A stretch of DNA of 25,237 nucleotides, from contig JAVBKV010000028.1 in NCBI GenBank assembly GCA_031553885.1, forward strand, positions 1-25,237, read 5' to 3'. Of the stretch, positions 1-8,502 are shown piece by piece. Numbering within the stretch: the stretch's first letter is position 1; every line of letters starts with the position of its first letter. This stretch comes from Bacteroidales bacterium (GTDB taxonomy: Bacteria > Bacteroidota > Bacteroidia > Bacteroidales > Azobacteroidaceae). Under the pieces are notes generated by a model. The model was given only the letters and a program-made list of their open reading frames with translations. It had not been told where the DNA came from and ran no database searches. Made by a program: the position numbers and the translations under genes.

Positions 1-92
1 ATTTGTTGTACCTTCATGCTGTATTTTTTAGCGTGATTTCCCCGTTTTTGGCCTCGAAACCCTATTATCGGGGGACAAACAAAGATACACAA

Positions 93-139
93 AATCCCAA
101 CTAATTCATAATGAATCGGTTGGGATTGTCTTTTTTATT
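93..139. terminator. Probable bidirectional intrinsic terminator. The perfect 9-bp stem AATCCCAAC/GTTGGGATT spans 93-101 and 119-127 and encloses a nested ATTCAT/ATGAAT mini-palindrome. It is followed by GTCTTTTTTATT on the + strand and preceded by AAAA, which reads as a T-run on the − strand.
   Basis: Read directly from the sequence. It lies downstream, in the direction of transcription, of the − strand gene 260..973, and could also terminate a + strand gene that starts before the window. Confidence 0.5.
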
Positions 140-259
140 GAGCGAATGAGCCGTGAGAGATCAATCAATTCTAAGCTATTACCACCATAATCCGGCAACT
201 AACGATTAACTCCGGTTACCGGATACCCTTAGAACAGTTATAACCATTTTTTACCTTTT

Positions 260-973
260 TCAGAACAGGAACGATGCTCCCAGTCCTAAATTGGCAAACC
301 AGCAGGGTCTATTCCTGGTTTCCTCCGGAACATACAAAGTGTGGTGAAAATTTTTTGTATACAAATAATTAATCCCCATATTCCCGGTCAGGTTAATGCG
401 CCAGAACCGGAAACTCAACCGCAGATTAGCATCCAGCGAAGAGGCAAATTCACGGGAAACCCAGGACCGTTCACTCAGGATTTCTTTTCCTTTATTATTA
501 ATCGTGTAGATCTCCGACAGATCAGGAGAAATAGATCCGAAGGAAGTACCCGCATTGACTTCCAACGAAGTCGGCAGAAAATGAAGAAGAAAAGCAAACA
601 ACAATTCTCCGAAATTATCATACTCATCCCGGTCATCCCATTCTTTTTGATACGGTCCGATCCGGAATGAAAACAACAAGGGTACTTTATAATACCGGTC
701 ACTCCCTTCCAATCCCGAAATGAACGATAATCCGGAGCGAACTCCAAACCGATCATTCCAATAATAACCTCCGTGAAAACTCAGGATAGAACCGGAAGGC
801 CAATCACGATCGGTGGTAGAAACATACAAACCCGTTTCCAGACCCAGGTCATAAAAAAATTTCCGGTCAGAGTTGTCCGGGCTGCTCTTTCCGGACGAAG
901 CGTTTTGAGCCTGAAGAACAAAGCTAAAGGATAAGAAGAACAAGATTACACTGAACATTGCAACTTTTTTCAT
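260..973 (-). CDS. Small outer-membrane beta-barrel protein, putative, with a signal peptide
   Basis: The start was taken at M10 of the ORF (MKKVAMFSVILFFLSFSFVLQAQ reads as a signal peptide). The body is rich in G/Y/S/F/N with alternating amphipathic stretches. The C-terminus ...GLGASFLF ends in Phe, as is typical of outer-membrane beta-barrels. It sits 28 bp downstream of the preceding − strand gene. Confidence 0.55.
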   Translation of the reverse strand: MKKVAMFSVILFFLSFSFVLQAQNASSGKSSPDNSDRKFFYDLGLETGLYVSTTDRDWPSGSILSFHGGYYWNDRFGVRSGLSFISGLEGSDRYYKVPLLFSFRIGPYQKEWDDRDEYDNFGELLFAFLLHFLPTSLEVNAGTSFGSISPDLSEIYTINNKGKEILSERSWVSREFASSLDANLRLSFRFWRINLTGNMGINYLYTKNFHHTLYVPEETRNRPCWFANLGLGASFLF

Positions 974-1001
974 GGCTATTAATCCTTTATCAAAATCCAA
1001 A

Positions 1002-2048
1002 TTAAAGAGCCAGAAAACGTTGATACTTTTCTTCTGCCCGGTTCAGTAATTCTTCGTTTATACCGGAAATTCCCTCAAAAAAAGCAGTCTCGACCGTTAT
1101 CCGATTTTTTTTCGGAACCTTTTTCCAGTTACCGATCACTTTACCCTGATACAACAGGATAGGATGAAAAATACCGTTGGAGGTAAAAGCCCTGGGCTGA
1201 TGCCTGAGCTCCAGGACATCCGTCCGGTCTTTGTAACTGATCAGGTACTCATCAAAAGCCGGAAGGAAATACAAATCCTCATCCGTTTCCATCGTTGAGT
1301 TGCAAGATTCATGTACAAACAAATTTTGCCCGGAAAACCGGTCTTTAATCAGTTCCGGACTGATCGAATGAATAGCCTGACGGGCTTCGGTCAGTGACAA
1401 ACCCGACCACCAGGAAAAATCGGGCACACTGGCCGGCGAATGGCTTTGAAAGTAACGCCTGGCCAATTGAACAAGCGCCTCGTCCCGTGTCAGTTTCCTG
1501 GAAAAAGGGATACGTTCTTCAAGTAAAGCATACGTTTGTTTTTTCCCCCGGTCGATTCCACTACAAACAATTCCATCGATCTCGGCCCGCATAAGAATGC
1601 AATTCATCCATTCCGGATCGATACTCAAACCGTTCCGGTTCAGCGCCTCCTGAATTTCCTGCCGGTTCAGGTGATTATTTCCCTCCAGTATCTTTTCCAG
1701 TAAACTATTCGTTTTAACGTGCAGATCGATATTAATTCCCCGGTTCTTTTCATAGATAGTAACGGCTCCTCTCATACGATCGGACGACAACTGCAGCATC
1801 CAGCGAAGGTCTTCGGCCGGAACCAAATGCCAGGTCGGACGCATGATATGCGTACGCACGATTTCTCCTTGTTGCAGGGATTTTTCAACATCCCGTAGGG
1901 TTGCTGATTGCAGGCGGATACCCACCGCCCATTTCGACATAGTATAATCTTGAGCCTGAATGGCTCCCATCCAGGAAACGAGTTGTTTCGGGGTATTAAA
2001 AACCGGATTGGATAATTGTTGGCTTACAGCACGTATATTCCCTATCAT
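1002..2048 (-). CDS. Winged-helix HTH_42 family protein, a homolog of the AlkZ/YcaQ interstrand-crosslink DNA glycosylases
   Basis: Length 348 aa. The N-terminal 'MGAIQAQDYTMSKWAVGIRL' carries a Q-A-Q(D) motif like the catalytic QΦQ/QΦD of AlkZ/YcaQ. The overall size and composition fit PF06224. The ATG lies 3 bp downstream of the upstream gene's stop, so the two are co-operonic. Confidence 0.55.
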   Translation of the reverse strand: MIGNIRAVSQQLSNPVFNTPKQLVSWMGAIQAQDYTMSKWAVGIRLQSATLRDVEKSLQQGEIVRTHIMRPTWHLVPAEDLRWMLQLSSDRMRGAVTIYEKNRGINIDLHVKTNSLLEKILEGNNHLNRQEIQEALNRNGLSIDPEWMNCILMRAEIDGIVCSGIDRGKKQTYALLEERIPFSRKLTRDEALVQLARRYFQSHSPASVPDFSWWSGLSLTEARQAIHSISPELIKDRFSGQNLFVHESCNSTMETDEDLYFLPAFDEYLISYKDRTDVLELRHQPRAFTSNGIFHPILLYQGKVIGNWKKVPKKNRITVETAFFEGISGINEELLNRAEEKYQRFLAL

Positions 2049-2051
2049 CGG

Positions 2052-3332
2052 TCACTTGCAGGTCATGATTTGCAGAACCATCCGGTCGGTTTCGTTCATT
2101 CCCAGAGAACCGATTTGCGTGAGGTTCCGGATAGAACGATCCACATCTTCATCGATAATTCCTTCAACAGAAGTCACATATTTTCCTTCCATGGCCATCA
2201 TGGCGGAGAAAACAGCCGTCGACACCCCACTGGTTACCTTAAGGGCACAACTGGGTTTAGCTCCGTCGCAGATCATCCCGGTCAGATTGGCAATCATGTT
2301 TTTTACGGCAAATGTAATTTCCTGATAACCACCTCCCATCAAGTAGGTAATTCCACAACTCGAACCGGTAGACGCCACGACACAACCACACAAAGCCGAA
2401 AGCCGGCCTAAACTTTGTTTGATGTAAATAGCAGTCAGATGACTCAGCATCAATGCACGGGCCAGTTTCTCACGAGTCTGACGCGTTTCTTCTGCATAGA
2501 TAACGACCGGCATCGTAGCCGTAATTCCCTGATTCCCGCTTCCCGAATTACTCATCACCGGAACCATAGCCCCGGCCATACGGGCGTCACAGGCCGCAGA
2601 TGTATATGACAACACACGGGACAGCAATCCGCTTCCCATGATCTGGTCTTTGTATTTTCCCACCAAGGTTTTTCCCAGAGAATGACCATAATCGTTCCGG
2701 AACGATTGCTCGGCCGCATTTTTGTTCAACCGGGCCGATTCCAGAATAAAGTCAATTTCCTCCAGCGGAGTCTCCATGGAAAAATCATACACTTTCCGAA
2801 GATTCAATTCCAGTTCATCCGAAGATTCATTTTCCTCCCGGAGCGATTGTTCATTCAGTAAAACCGTACCGTTTTTTTCAATGTAGCAAATATAGGTATG
2901 CAGATTACGAATAAGGACTTTAGAATATTCACTTCCCTTCGTACAAATGGCCTCAATGTATAATTTTTCTTCCGTATCTTCTTTCAACGCAATAGAGATG
3001 CGCTTTTCGTCTATCAATTGTTTCCCTTTATTTACAGATTCAGGATTTAAATCTTTCAACACCTCGAGCTGATATTCCGACTTTCCGACCAATGCTCCCA
3101 AAGCAACTGCAATAGGCAACCCGATCATTCCTGTACCGGGAATACCTACTCCCATCGCATTTTTCAATACATTGGCACTCAGGTAAACCGTAATTTGCTC
3201 GGGAATACAACCCAGGATTTCAGTGGCCTTAGCAACAGCCAGCGATACGGCGATCGGTTCCGTGCACCCAATGGCCGGAACGACTTCTTGTTTAACAAGC
3301 CGTAAGATTTGTTCTTTTTCGTGAAGAGTCAT
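2052..3332 (-). CDS. UPF0597 / L-cysteine desulfidase family protein (YhaM/CdsB-like, serine-dehydratase-like fold)
   Basis: Length 426 aa. '[19 protein letters not shown]', '[23 protein letters not shown]', '[14 protein letters not shown]' and '[15 protein letters not shown]' match the conserved blocks of the UPF0597 family. Its ATGA start overlaps the stop of obg. Confidence 0.75.
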   Translation of the reverse strand: MTLHEKEQILRLVKQEVVPAIGCTEPIAVSLAVAKATEILGCIPEQITVYLSANVLKNAMGVGIPGTGMIGLPIAVALGALVGKSEYQLEVLKDLNPESVNKGKQLIDEKRISIALKEDTEEKLYIEAICTKGSEYSKVLIRNLHTYICYIEKNGTVLLNEQSLREENESSDELELNLRKVYDFSMETPLEEIDFILESARLNKNAAEQSFRNDYGHSLGKTLVGKYKDQIMGSGLLSRVLSYTSAACDARMAGAMVPVMSNSGSGNQGITATMPVVIYAEETRQTREKLARALMLSHLTAIYIKQSLGRLSALCGCVVASTGSSCGITYLMGGGYQEITFAVKNMIANLTGMICDGAKPSCALKVTSGVSTAVFSAMMAMEGKYVTSVEGIIDEDVDRSIRNLTQIGSLGMNETDRMVLQIMTCK

Positions 3333-4474
3333 GCCTCATCTTCCTCCCAATCCATTTCATCATAACCAGGATCCTCATCTTCCTGCTCCTCTTCTTCCAT
3401 TTCGTAGTCAAAGTCGTCATCCACATCTTCCAACCGGAGATCCATGGGACGATTAACCAAACTCTCCACATCATGGAAATCCTGGCTATTCAATTCTTTC
3501 CAGAGTAAATCTTTTAAAACAGCAAGCCCTTTCTGGGCAACAGAAGATATAAAGACAGCGGGAAGATCGTCCGGTAATTCCCGGCTCAGGGCCTCTTCCA
3601 GTTCGTCGTCCAGTAAATCCGATTTGGTAATGGCCAGTACCCGCTTCTTATCCAACAGATCAGGATTATACAAAACCAGTTCATTCAACAGGATATTGTA
3701 TTCTTTACCAATATCATCCGAATCGGCCGGAACCATAAACAGCAAAACGGCATTCCTTTCTATATGGCGCAGGAAACGCAGGCCCAAGCCTTTTCCTTCA
3801 CTTGCGCCTTCAATAATTCCGGGTATATCGGCCATGACAAATGAGCAATTATCCCGGTAACTGACAATTCCCAGATTGGGCTCCAATGTTGTAAACGGAT
3901 AGTTGGCAATCTTCGGCTTAGCCGCGGAAACAACAGAAAGCAAGGTCGATTTTCCGGCATTTGGAAAACCTACCAGACCTACATCTGCCAGTAATTTCAA
4001 TTGTAAAATAATCCGGCGCTCCTGGATAGGTTCGCCTGGTTGAGCATACCGGGGTGCCTGATTGGTCGCAGTCTTGAAATGATTGTTTCCCAATCCGCCT
4101 TTTCCTCCCCGAAGGAGAACTATTTCCTGTCCATGTTTACTGATATCGCAGATGAATTCTCCGGTTTCTCCGTCAAAAACAACCGTACCACAAGGAACTT
4201 CAATAATTTTATCCGCTCCGTCCTTTCCCTTGCACAGTTTTCCTCCTCCGCCTTCGCCATGTCCGGCCAGTATATGCCGCTCGTATTTCAGGTGAAGCAG
4301 AGTCCAGTAATTGCGGTTTCCACGAAGAATGACATGTCCACCTCTTCCTCCATCACCTCCGTCAGGCCCTCCGCGTGGGATGTATTTTTCCCTCCGGAAA
4401 TGAGAAGAACCTCGCCCTCCTTTTCCCGAACGGCAATATATTTTTACGTAATCGACGAAATTGGATTCTGCCAT
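3329..4474 (-). CDS. obg: GTPase Obg (ObgE/CgtA)
   Basis: The N-terminal '[41 protein letters not shown]' is the glycine-rich Obg fold. The G-domain motifs are 'GFPNAGKST' (G1) and 'DIPGIIEGA' (G3). An acidic C-terminal tail follows. Confidence 0.92.
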   Translation of the reverse strand: MAESNFVDYVKIYCRSGKGGRGSSHFRREKYIPRGGPDGGDGGRGGHVILRGNRNYWTLLHLKYERHILAGHGEGGGGKLCKGKDGADKIIEVPCGTVVFDGETGEFICDISKHGQEIVLLRGGKGGLGNNHFKTATNQAPRYAQPGEPIQERRIILQLKLLADVGLVGFPNAGKSTLLSVVSAAKPKIANYPFTTLEPNLGIVSYRDNCSFVMADIPGIIEGASEGKGLGLRFLRHIERNAVLLFMVPADSDDIGKEYNILLNELVLYNPDLLDKKRVLAITKSDLLDDELEEALSRELPDDLPAVFISSVAQKGLAVLKDLLWKELNSQDFHDVESLVNRPMDLRLEDVDDDFDYEMEEEEQEDEDPGYDEMDWEEDEA

Positions 4475-4483
4475 TTTCTTTAT

Positions 4484-5065
4484 TTAGAAAGAAAGCCGGT
4501 CCAGAACATCCGTTATTTTTTCAAAAACATCCTCTACCGTACCGATCCCCTTTATTTTAAAAAGTTTTCCTTTTTTTCTGTAATATTCTTTCAACGGTTC
4601 CGTCTGAGAACGATACACATCCAAACGGGATTGAATGGTTTCCAGGTTATCGTCCGAACGGCCGTATACTTCTCCTCTTTTCAGCATGCGTTTAATCAGT
4701 TCTTCGTCTTCTACCGTAAGACTGAAAACTGCGGCCACACTGGTATTCCGCTCCCGTAACATAACATCCAGAACTTCCCCCTGAGACAACGTACGTGGAA
4801 ATCCGTCAAAAATATATCCTTTAACCTTTTTATTATCATCCAGCACTTGCGCCAGCATTTCTATGATCAAAGAATCAGGGACCAATTGTCCCTTTGAAAT
4901 AAACTCATCCGCTATCTTACCCAGTTCCGACCGATTCTCGATCTCTCTGCGCAAAATTTCTCCCGTGGAAATATGAAAAAGACCATACTTTTCTATGATC
5001 AATTCACTTTGGGTCCCTTTCCCGGAACCCGGCGCTCCGAAAATAACAACGTTTAACATTCTCAA
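4484..5065 (-). CDS. adk: Adenylate kinase
   Basis: 'VIFGAPGSGKGTQSELI' is the P-loop, and 'GFPRTLSQGE' and 'GYIFDGFPR' fit the NMP-binding and LID regions. The true start may be the M at 5059. Confidence 0.9.
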   Translation of the reverse strand: MRMLNVVIFGAPGSGKGTQSELIIEKYGLFHISTGEILRREIENRSELGKIADEFISKGQLVPDSLIIEMLAQVLDDNKKVKGYIFDGFPRTLSQGEVLDVMLRERNTSVAAVFSLTVEDEELIKRMLKRGEVYGRSDDNLETIQSRLDVYRSQTEPLKEYYRKKGKLFKIKGIGTVEDVFEKITDVLDRLSF

Positions 5066-5088
5066 TAAGTATGTATGAAAAGCCTAAA

Positions 5089-5625
5089 TCACTCTATGAT
5101 TTTATATATATTCCTCATGTTCCGCCCATGCCCGTCGTAATCCAATCCATATCCGACAATAAAATCCCTGGGAATAGGCAACGCCACATAATCCGGACAA
5201 ACCTCTACCTGTAAAGCTTCCGGTTTAAAAAGCAAGGTTGCGATCTTCAGGGAAGCAGGGTTATCTTTCAATATTTTTCTCTTTAAATGATTAATCGTAT
5301 GTCCTGTATCTATAATATCTTCTACAATTACAACGTGACGATCCCTGACACTTTCAATCAGGCCGTGTACTTCTTTTACCTTTCCGTCTGTCTGATCTCC
5401 CTGGTAGGATTTCAACCGGATAAAAGTAACTTCACAAGGAAAATCCAGTCTCTTGATTAAATCGGAAGCAAACATAAAAGCCCCGTTCAATACGCAGACA
5501 AACAGGGGATCCTTATCCCTCAAGTCGCGGTTAATCTGTTCTGCTACCCGGCCAACCTCCTTTAATATAACTTCTTCAGGAATAAATAATTCAAATTTTT
5601 TATCCTTGACCTGAATCTCAAACAT
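5089..5625 (-). CDS. hpt: Hypoxanthine(-guanine) phosphoribosyltransferase
   Basis: 'VVIVEDIIDTGHTINHL' is the PRPP-binding motif. The start is placed at the internal M (MFEIQVK..., 178 aa) because a TACCTTTG −7 box sits inside the longer ORF extension. The six-frame ORF runs on to 5682. Confidence 0.85.
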   Translation of the reverse strand: MFEIQVKDKKFELFIPEEVILKEVGRVAEQINRDLRDKDPLFVCVLNGAFMFASDLIKRLDFPCEVTFIRLKSYQGDQTDGKVKEVHGLIESVRDRHVVIVEDIIDTGHTINHLKRKILKDNPASLKIATLLFKPEALQVEVCPDYVALPIPRDFIVGYGLDYDGHGRNMRNIYKIIE

Positions 5626-5651
5626 ATCCGGAACTTTACTATTTAAGTGGG

Positions 5652-5659
5652 CAAAGGTA
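5652..5659 (-). promoter_or_regulatory. Bacteroidota sigma-A −7 box (TACCTTTG on the − strand), a candidate promoter for the hpt-adk-obg operon
   Basis: CAAAGGTA on + is TAnnTTTG on −, and lies 27 nt upstream of the proposed hpt ATG at 5625. Confidence 0.4.
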
Positions 5660-5692
5660 GATAAAAAATATGAAAATCCCAATCCATTTTTT

Positions 5693-5700
5693 TATATTTG
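5693..5700 (+). promoter_or_regulatory. −7 box TATATTTG for nnr
   Basis: TAnnTTTG consensus 20 nt upstream of the ATG at 5720, in the divergent intergenic region shared with hpt. Confidence 0.45.
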
Positions 5701-5719
5701 TAGATTAAATTAAAAAACG

Positions 5720-7228
5720 ATGATGAAAATTTTCTTAACCTCTCAGACACAGGAATTGGACCAGTACACTATTTTAAATGAACCGGTTGCTTCCATTGAT
5801 CTGATGGAAAGAGCTTCAGTCCGGTTTGCCGATGCTTTTCAAGCTGAAGTATCTCCTTCGGAACAGATCATCGTACTGGCCGGACCCGGGAATAACGGAG
5901 GTGATGCACTGGCTGTCGCCCGGATACTGACCGGAAAAGGTTATACGGTAAAAACCTACCTTTTTAATCCGGAAAACAGGTTATCGACCGACTGCGAAAC
6001 AAATAAAAACAGACTTTTATCCCTTCCCGGCATTGCTTTCAACGAGCAGACCAGCTCTTTTTCGATAGACATTAGTCCGGGCAATATCATTATTGACGGA
6101 CTCTTCGGTTCGGGACTTAACCGTCCGCTTTCGGGAGATTGGGCAACATTGGTCCGGCAGATCAACCGATCGAAAGTATCTGTTTTTTCCATCGATATTC
6201 CTTCCGGATTAGCAGGTGAAAGCTGCAACCCGGAAATGCAGGACACGATTATACAGGCAACAAAAACCTTCACATTTCAGTTTCCCAAACTGGCCTTTTT
6301 ATTCCCCGAAAATGAACTATATACCGGCGAATGGAAAGTACTGGACATCGGATTACATCCGGATACCCTGCAAAAGATCAGTTCTCCTTTCTTCTATACA
6401 GAAAAAAAAGACGTTGCTCCTCTGATTCCCCAACGAAGCAGGTTTGCTCACAAAGGAAACTTTGGACATGCGTTACTGATAGCAGGAAGTTACGGAAAAC
6501 TGGGTGCTGCACTGCTGGCTGCCAAAGCCTGCTTAAGAAGCGGAACCGGACTACTGACCAGTTGTATTCCGGGATGTGGATACTCCGTTTTTCAAACCAG
6601 CCTTCCGGAAACGATGGTATTAACAGACAAACAACAGACCTATATTACTGATCTTCCGGATCTCAGCGCTTATAATGCCGTTGCAATCGGTCCCGGAATC
6701 GGATTATATGCAGAAACCGCCGGAATGCTGAGACTACTGCTCCGGAAATACCGCAATCCCCTGATTCTGGATGCTGATGCGCTCAACATCATCGCACAAC
6801 ACAAAGATCTCCTGGAATTAATCCCCCGGGGAAGCATCCTGACCCCCCATCCGAAAGAACTGGACCGATTGTCAGGATCGTCCTCTTCTTCTTACGAACG
6901 CCTGCAAAAAGCGCTCAAACTTGCCGGGTACACGCAATGCTATGTTCTGCTGAAAGGTGCTTTCACAGCCGTATGTACCCCTGAAAAGAACTGCTATTTT
7001 AATCCTACAGGAAATCCGGGTATGGCCACTGCCGGTAGCGGAGATGTATTGACAGGCATTCTACTTGGATTGCTTTCTCAATCCGGATCACCATTAAACA
7101 CCTCGTTGGCAGGAGTATACCTTCATGGATCGGCGGGAGATCTAGCCGCAACTTCTTACTCCCAGGAAAGTATGATCGCCGGAGATATTACCGAACATCT
7201 TGGAAAAGCATTTCAAAACCTGCAGTAA
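5720..7228 (+). CDS. nnr: Bifunctional NAD(P)H-hydrate repair enzyme Nnr (N-terminal YjeF epimerase plus C-terminal ADP-dependent dehydratase)
   Basis: The N-terminal 'LAGPGNNGGDALAVARIL' is the YjeF_N motif. The C-terminal 'HKGNFGHALLIAGSYGKLGAALLAAKACLRSGTGL' and '...GNPGMATAGSGDVLTGIL' are the carbohydrate-kinase-like dehydratase motifs. Length 502 aa. Confidence 0.9.
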   Translation: MMKIFLTSQTQELDQYTILNEPVASIDLMERASVRFADAFQAEVSPSEQIIVLAGPGNNGGDALAVARILTGKGYTVKTYLFNPENRLSTDCETNKNRLLSLPGIAFNEQTSSFSIDISPGNIIIDGLFGSGLNRPLSGDWATLVRQINRSKVSVFSIDIPSGLAGESCNPEMQDTIIQATKTFTFQFPKLAFLFPENELYTGEWKVLDIGLHPDTLQKISSPFFYTEKKDVAPLIPQRSRFAHKGNFGHALLIAGSYGKLGAALLAAKACLRSGTGLLTSCIPGCGYSVFQTSLPETMVLTDKQQTYITDLPDLSAYNAVAIGPGIGLYAETAGMLRLLLRKYRNPLILDADALNIIAQHKDLLELIPRGSILTPHPKELDRLSGSSSSSYERLQKALKLAGYTQCYVLLKGAFTAVCTPEKNCYFNPTGNPGMATAGSGDVLTGILLGLLSQSGSPLNTSLAGVYLHGSAGDLAATSYSQESMIAGDITEHLGKAFQNLQ

Positions 7229-7254
7229 AAATTTTATTTTTCCATATCATTTCC

Positions 7255-7262
7255 TATCTTTG
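7255..7262 (+). promoter_or_regulatory. −7 box TATCTTTG
   Basis: TAnnTTTG 18 nt upstream of the ATG at 7281. Confidence 0.4.
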
Positions 7263-7280
7263 CTTGCTAAATAAGTTGCA

Positions 7281-8390
7281 ATGAACATGAAAGCAGTACA
7301 TCAGATTTTGATCTTTTCCGGAATATTCCTGTTGTCCGGAATGTTTTTGTTTCAGGTCAATGCTCAAACCCGTGTCATTAAAATGCCTGCCACAAAAAGC
7401 AATGACTACGGAATCCAATATTTTTTACCCAAAACAGTCTTAAAAATCAGCGTAAATTACAGTAAAATCAATAAAAAAGCCGGTACCTACGCCAAGTATG
7501 CAGAAAAATACCTGGGCGTTCAGGACAAGGACGTCGTATTGGAAGACCAAACTTCTTACATACTGGATAACGTCTCGGTCACAGGATACGGGATACCCAA
7601 CAAAGACGAATCGTACCTGGTAGAGTTCAAATCAAAAACAACCGCTCCATTTGTCTATCTTACTGAAGATGGAATGATCTGTACCATCAATGCAGAATAT
7701 CAGGCGCCTTCCGAACAACCGGGAACAGACACTTCCAAAGGCAAAAGCAACAGCCAGCTTCCCGTTGTCGACCCAAAATCTGTTCTTACCGAAGAATATT
7801 TACGGGCCGGATCCGTCAGCAAAATGGCTGAAGTTGCAGCCAAGCAAATATACAAACTGAGGGAAAGCCGTACGGATATACTAACCGGAGATGCTGACAA
7901 TACTCCCAAAGACGGGGAAGCCATGAAAATTGTACTGGGACAGTTGGAAGCTCAGGAAAAAGCGCTTACCGAATTGTTTACAGGTACTACAGTCGTCGAA
8001 AAAAAATCCGCTGAGTTCGAATTGGATCCGCAAGCCGATATGGAGAACCATGTCATTTTCCGTTTCTCCAAATACCTGGGAATCGTCGATGCAAACGATC
8101 TGAGCGGCATACCGGTATATATGAACCTCAAAAATACGGAACCGGTAGCGGAAACTCCGGTTGATCCGAAAGCAAAGGAAAAAGAATCCAAAAGCATTGT
8201 CTATAATATACCGGGTAAAGGCTCCGTTGAAATTTTCTACGGAAAGGAAAGAATCTGCAACGCCACTATTCCTGTTACCCAGTTCGGAACCAAACAAGTC
8301 CTAGCCAGTTCTATTTTTGAGGATAAAAAAGTGCCCGTTCAGGTGTATTTCTATCCCGAAACCGGGGCCGTCCGGCAAATCATCCAATAG
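7281..8390 (+). CDS. Secreted hypothetical protein with a signal peptide, possibly DUF4831-like
   Basis: Long ORF with coding-like composition and an N-terminal hydrophobic signal 'ILIFSGIFLLSGMFLFQVNAQ'. The family assignment is from memory only. Confidence 0.6.
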   Translation: MNMKAVHQILIFSGIFLLSGMFLFQVNAQTRVIKMPATKSNDYGIQYFLPKTVLKISVNYSKINKKAGTYAKYAEKYLGVQDKDVVLEDQTSYILDNVSVTGYGIPNKDESYLVEFKSKTTAPFVYLTEDGMICTINAEYQAPSEQPGTDTSKGKSNSQLPVVDPKSVLTEEYLRAGSVSKMAEVAAKQIYKLRESRTDILTGDADNTPKDGEAMKIVLGQLEAQEKALTELFTGTTVVEKKSAEFELDPQADMENHVIFRFSKYLGIVDANDLSGIPVYMNLKNTEPVAETPVDPKAKEKESKSIVYNIPGKGSVEIFYGKERICNATIPVTQFGTKQVLASSIFEDKKVPVQVYFYPETGAVRQIIQ

Positions 8391-8425
8391 ATTTCAAAGG
8401 CTCATTTTATTCAAACTTATTTTCT

Positions 8426-8465
8426 TTGGAAATCATTTTCCATTGGAAATTTGTTTATTTGGAAA
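8426..8465. promoter_or_regulatory. Candidate operator: a TGGAAA-TCAT-TTTCCA palindrome (8427-8442) inside three direct TTGGAAA repeats (8426, 8443, 8459)
   Basis: Seen directly. It lies immediately upstream of and overlapping the predicted −33 element of the CoADR-fusion gene promoter. Confidence 0.4.
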
Positions 8466-8481
8466 GTAAATAATACCTTTG
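8450..8481 (+). promoter_or_regulatory. Bacteroidota sigma-A promoter: −33 TTTG (8450-8453) and −7 TACCTTTG (8474-8481)
   Basis: The two elements are 20 bp apart, and the −7 box is 21 nt upstream of the ATG at 8503. Confidence 0.5.
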
Positions 8482-8502
8482 CCGGAAAATAACAACTAAA
8501 AA

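Noticed and set aside
196-235. A CCGG-containing small hairpin / ATCCGG…CCGGAT inverted repeat near the window start
   Set aside because: The stems are short (4–6 bp) with no flanking T-run or gene context. It probably arose by chance.
1-259. A possible tRNA or ncRNA in the first 259 nt
   Set aside because: No cloverleaf-compatible segments, T-loop (GTTCRANYC-like) motifs or conserved ncRNA signatures were seen. Only the terminator hairpin could be identified.
2016-2411. A 131-aa + strand ORF and other + strand ORFs (1960-2325, 2415-2609) opposite the UPF0597 gene
   Set aside because: They are antisense to a gene with clear family motifs, and their composition is H/R/T-rich with no structure.
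4040-4759. A 239-aa + strand ORF spanning the obg/adk junction
   Set aside because: It is antisense to two strongly supported genes (obg, adk). Its composition is low-complexity S/F-rich with no recognisable domain. It is a typical shadow ORF.
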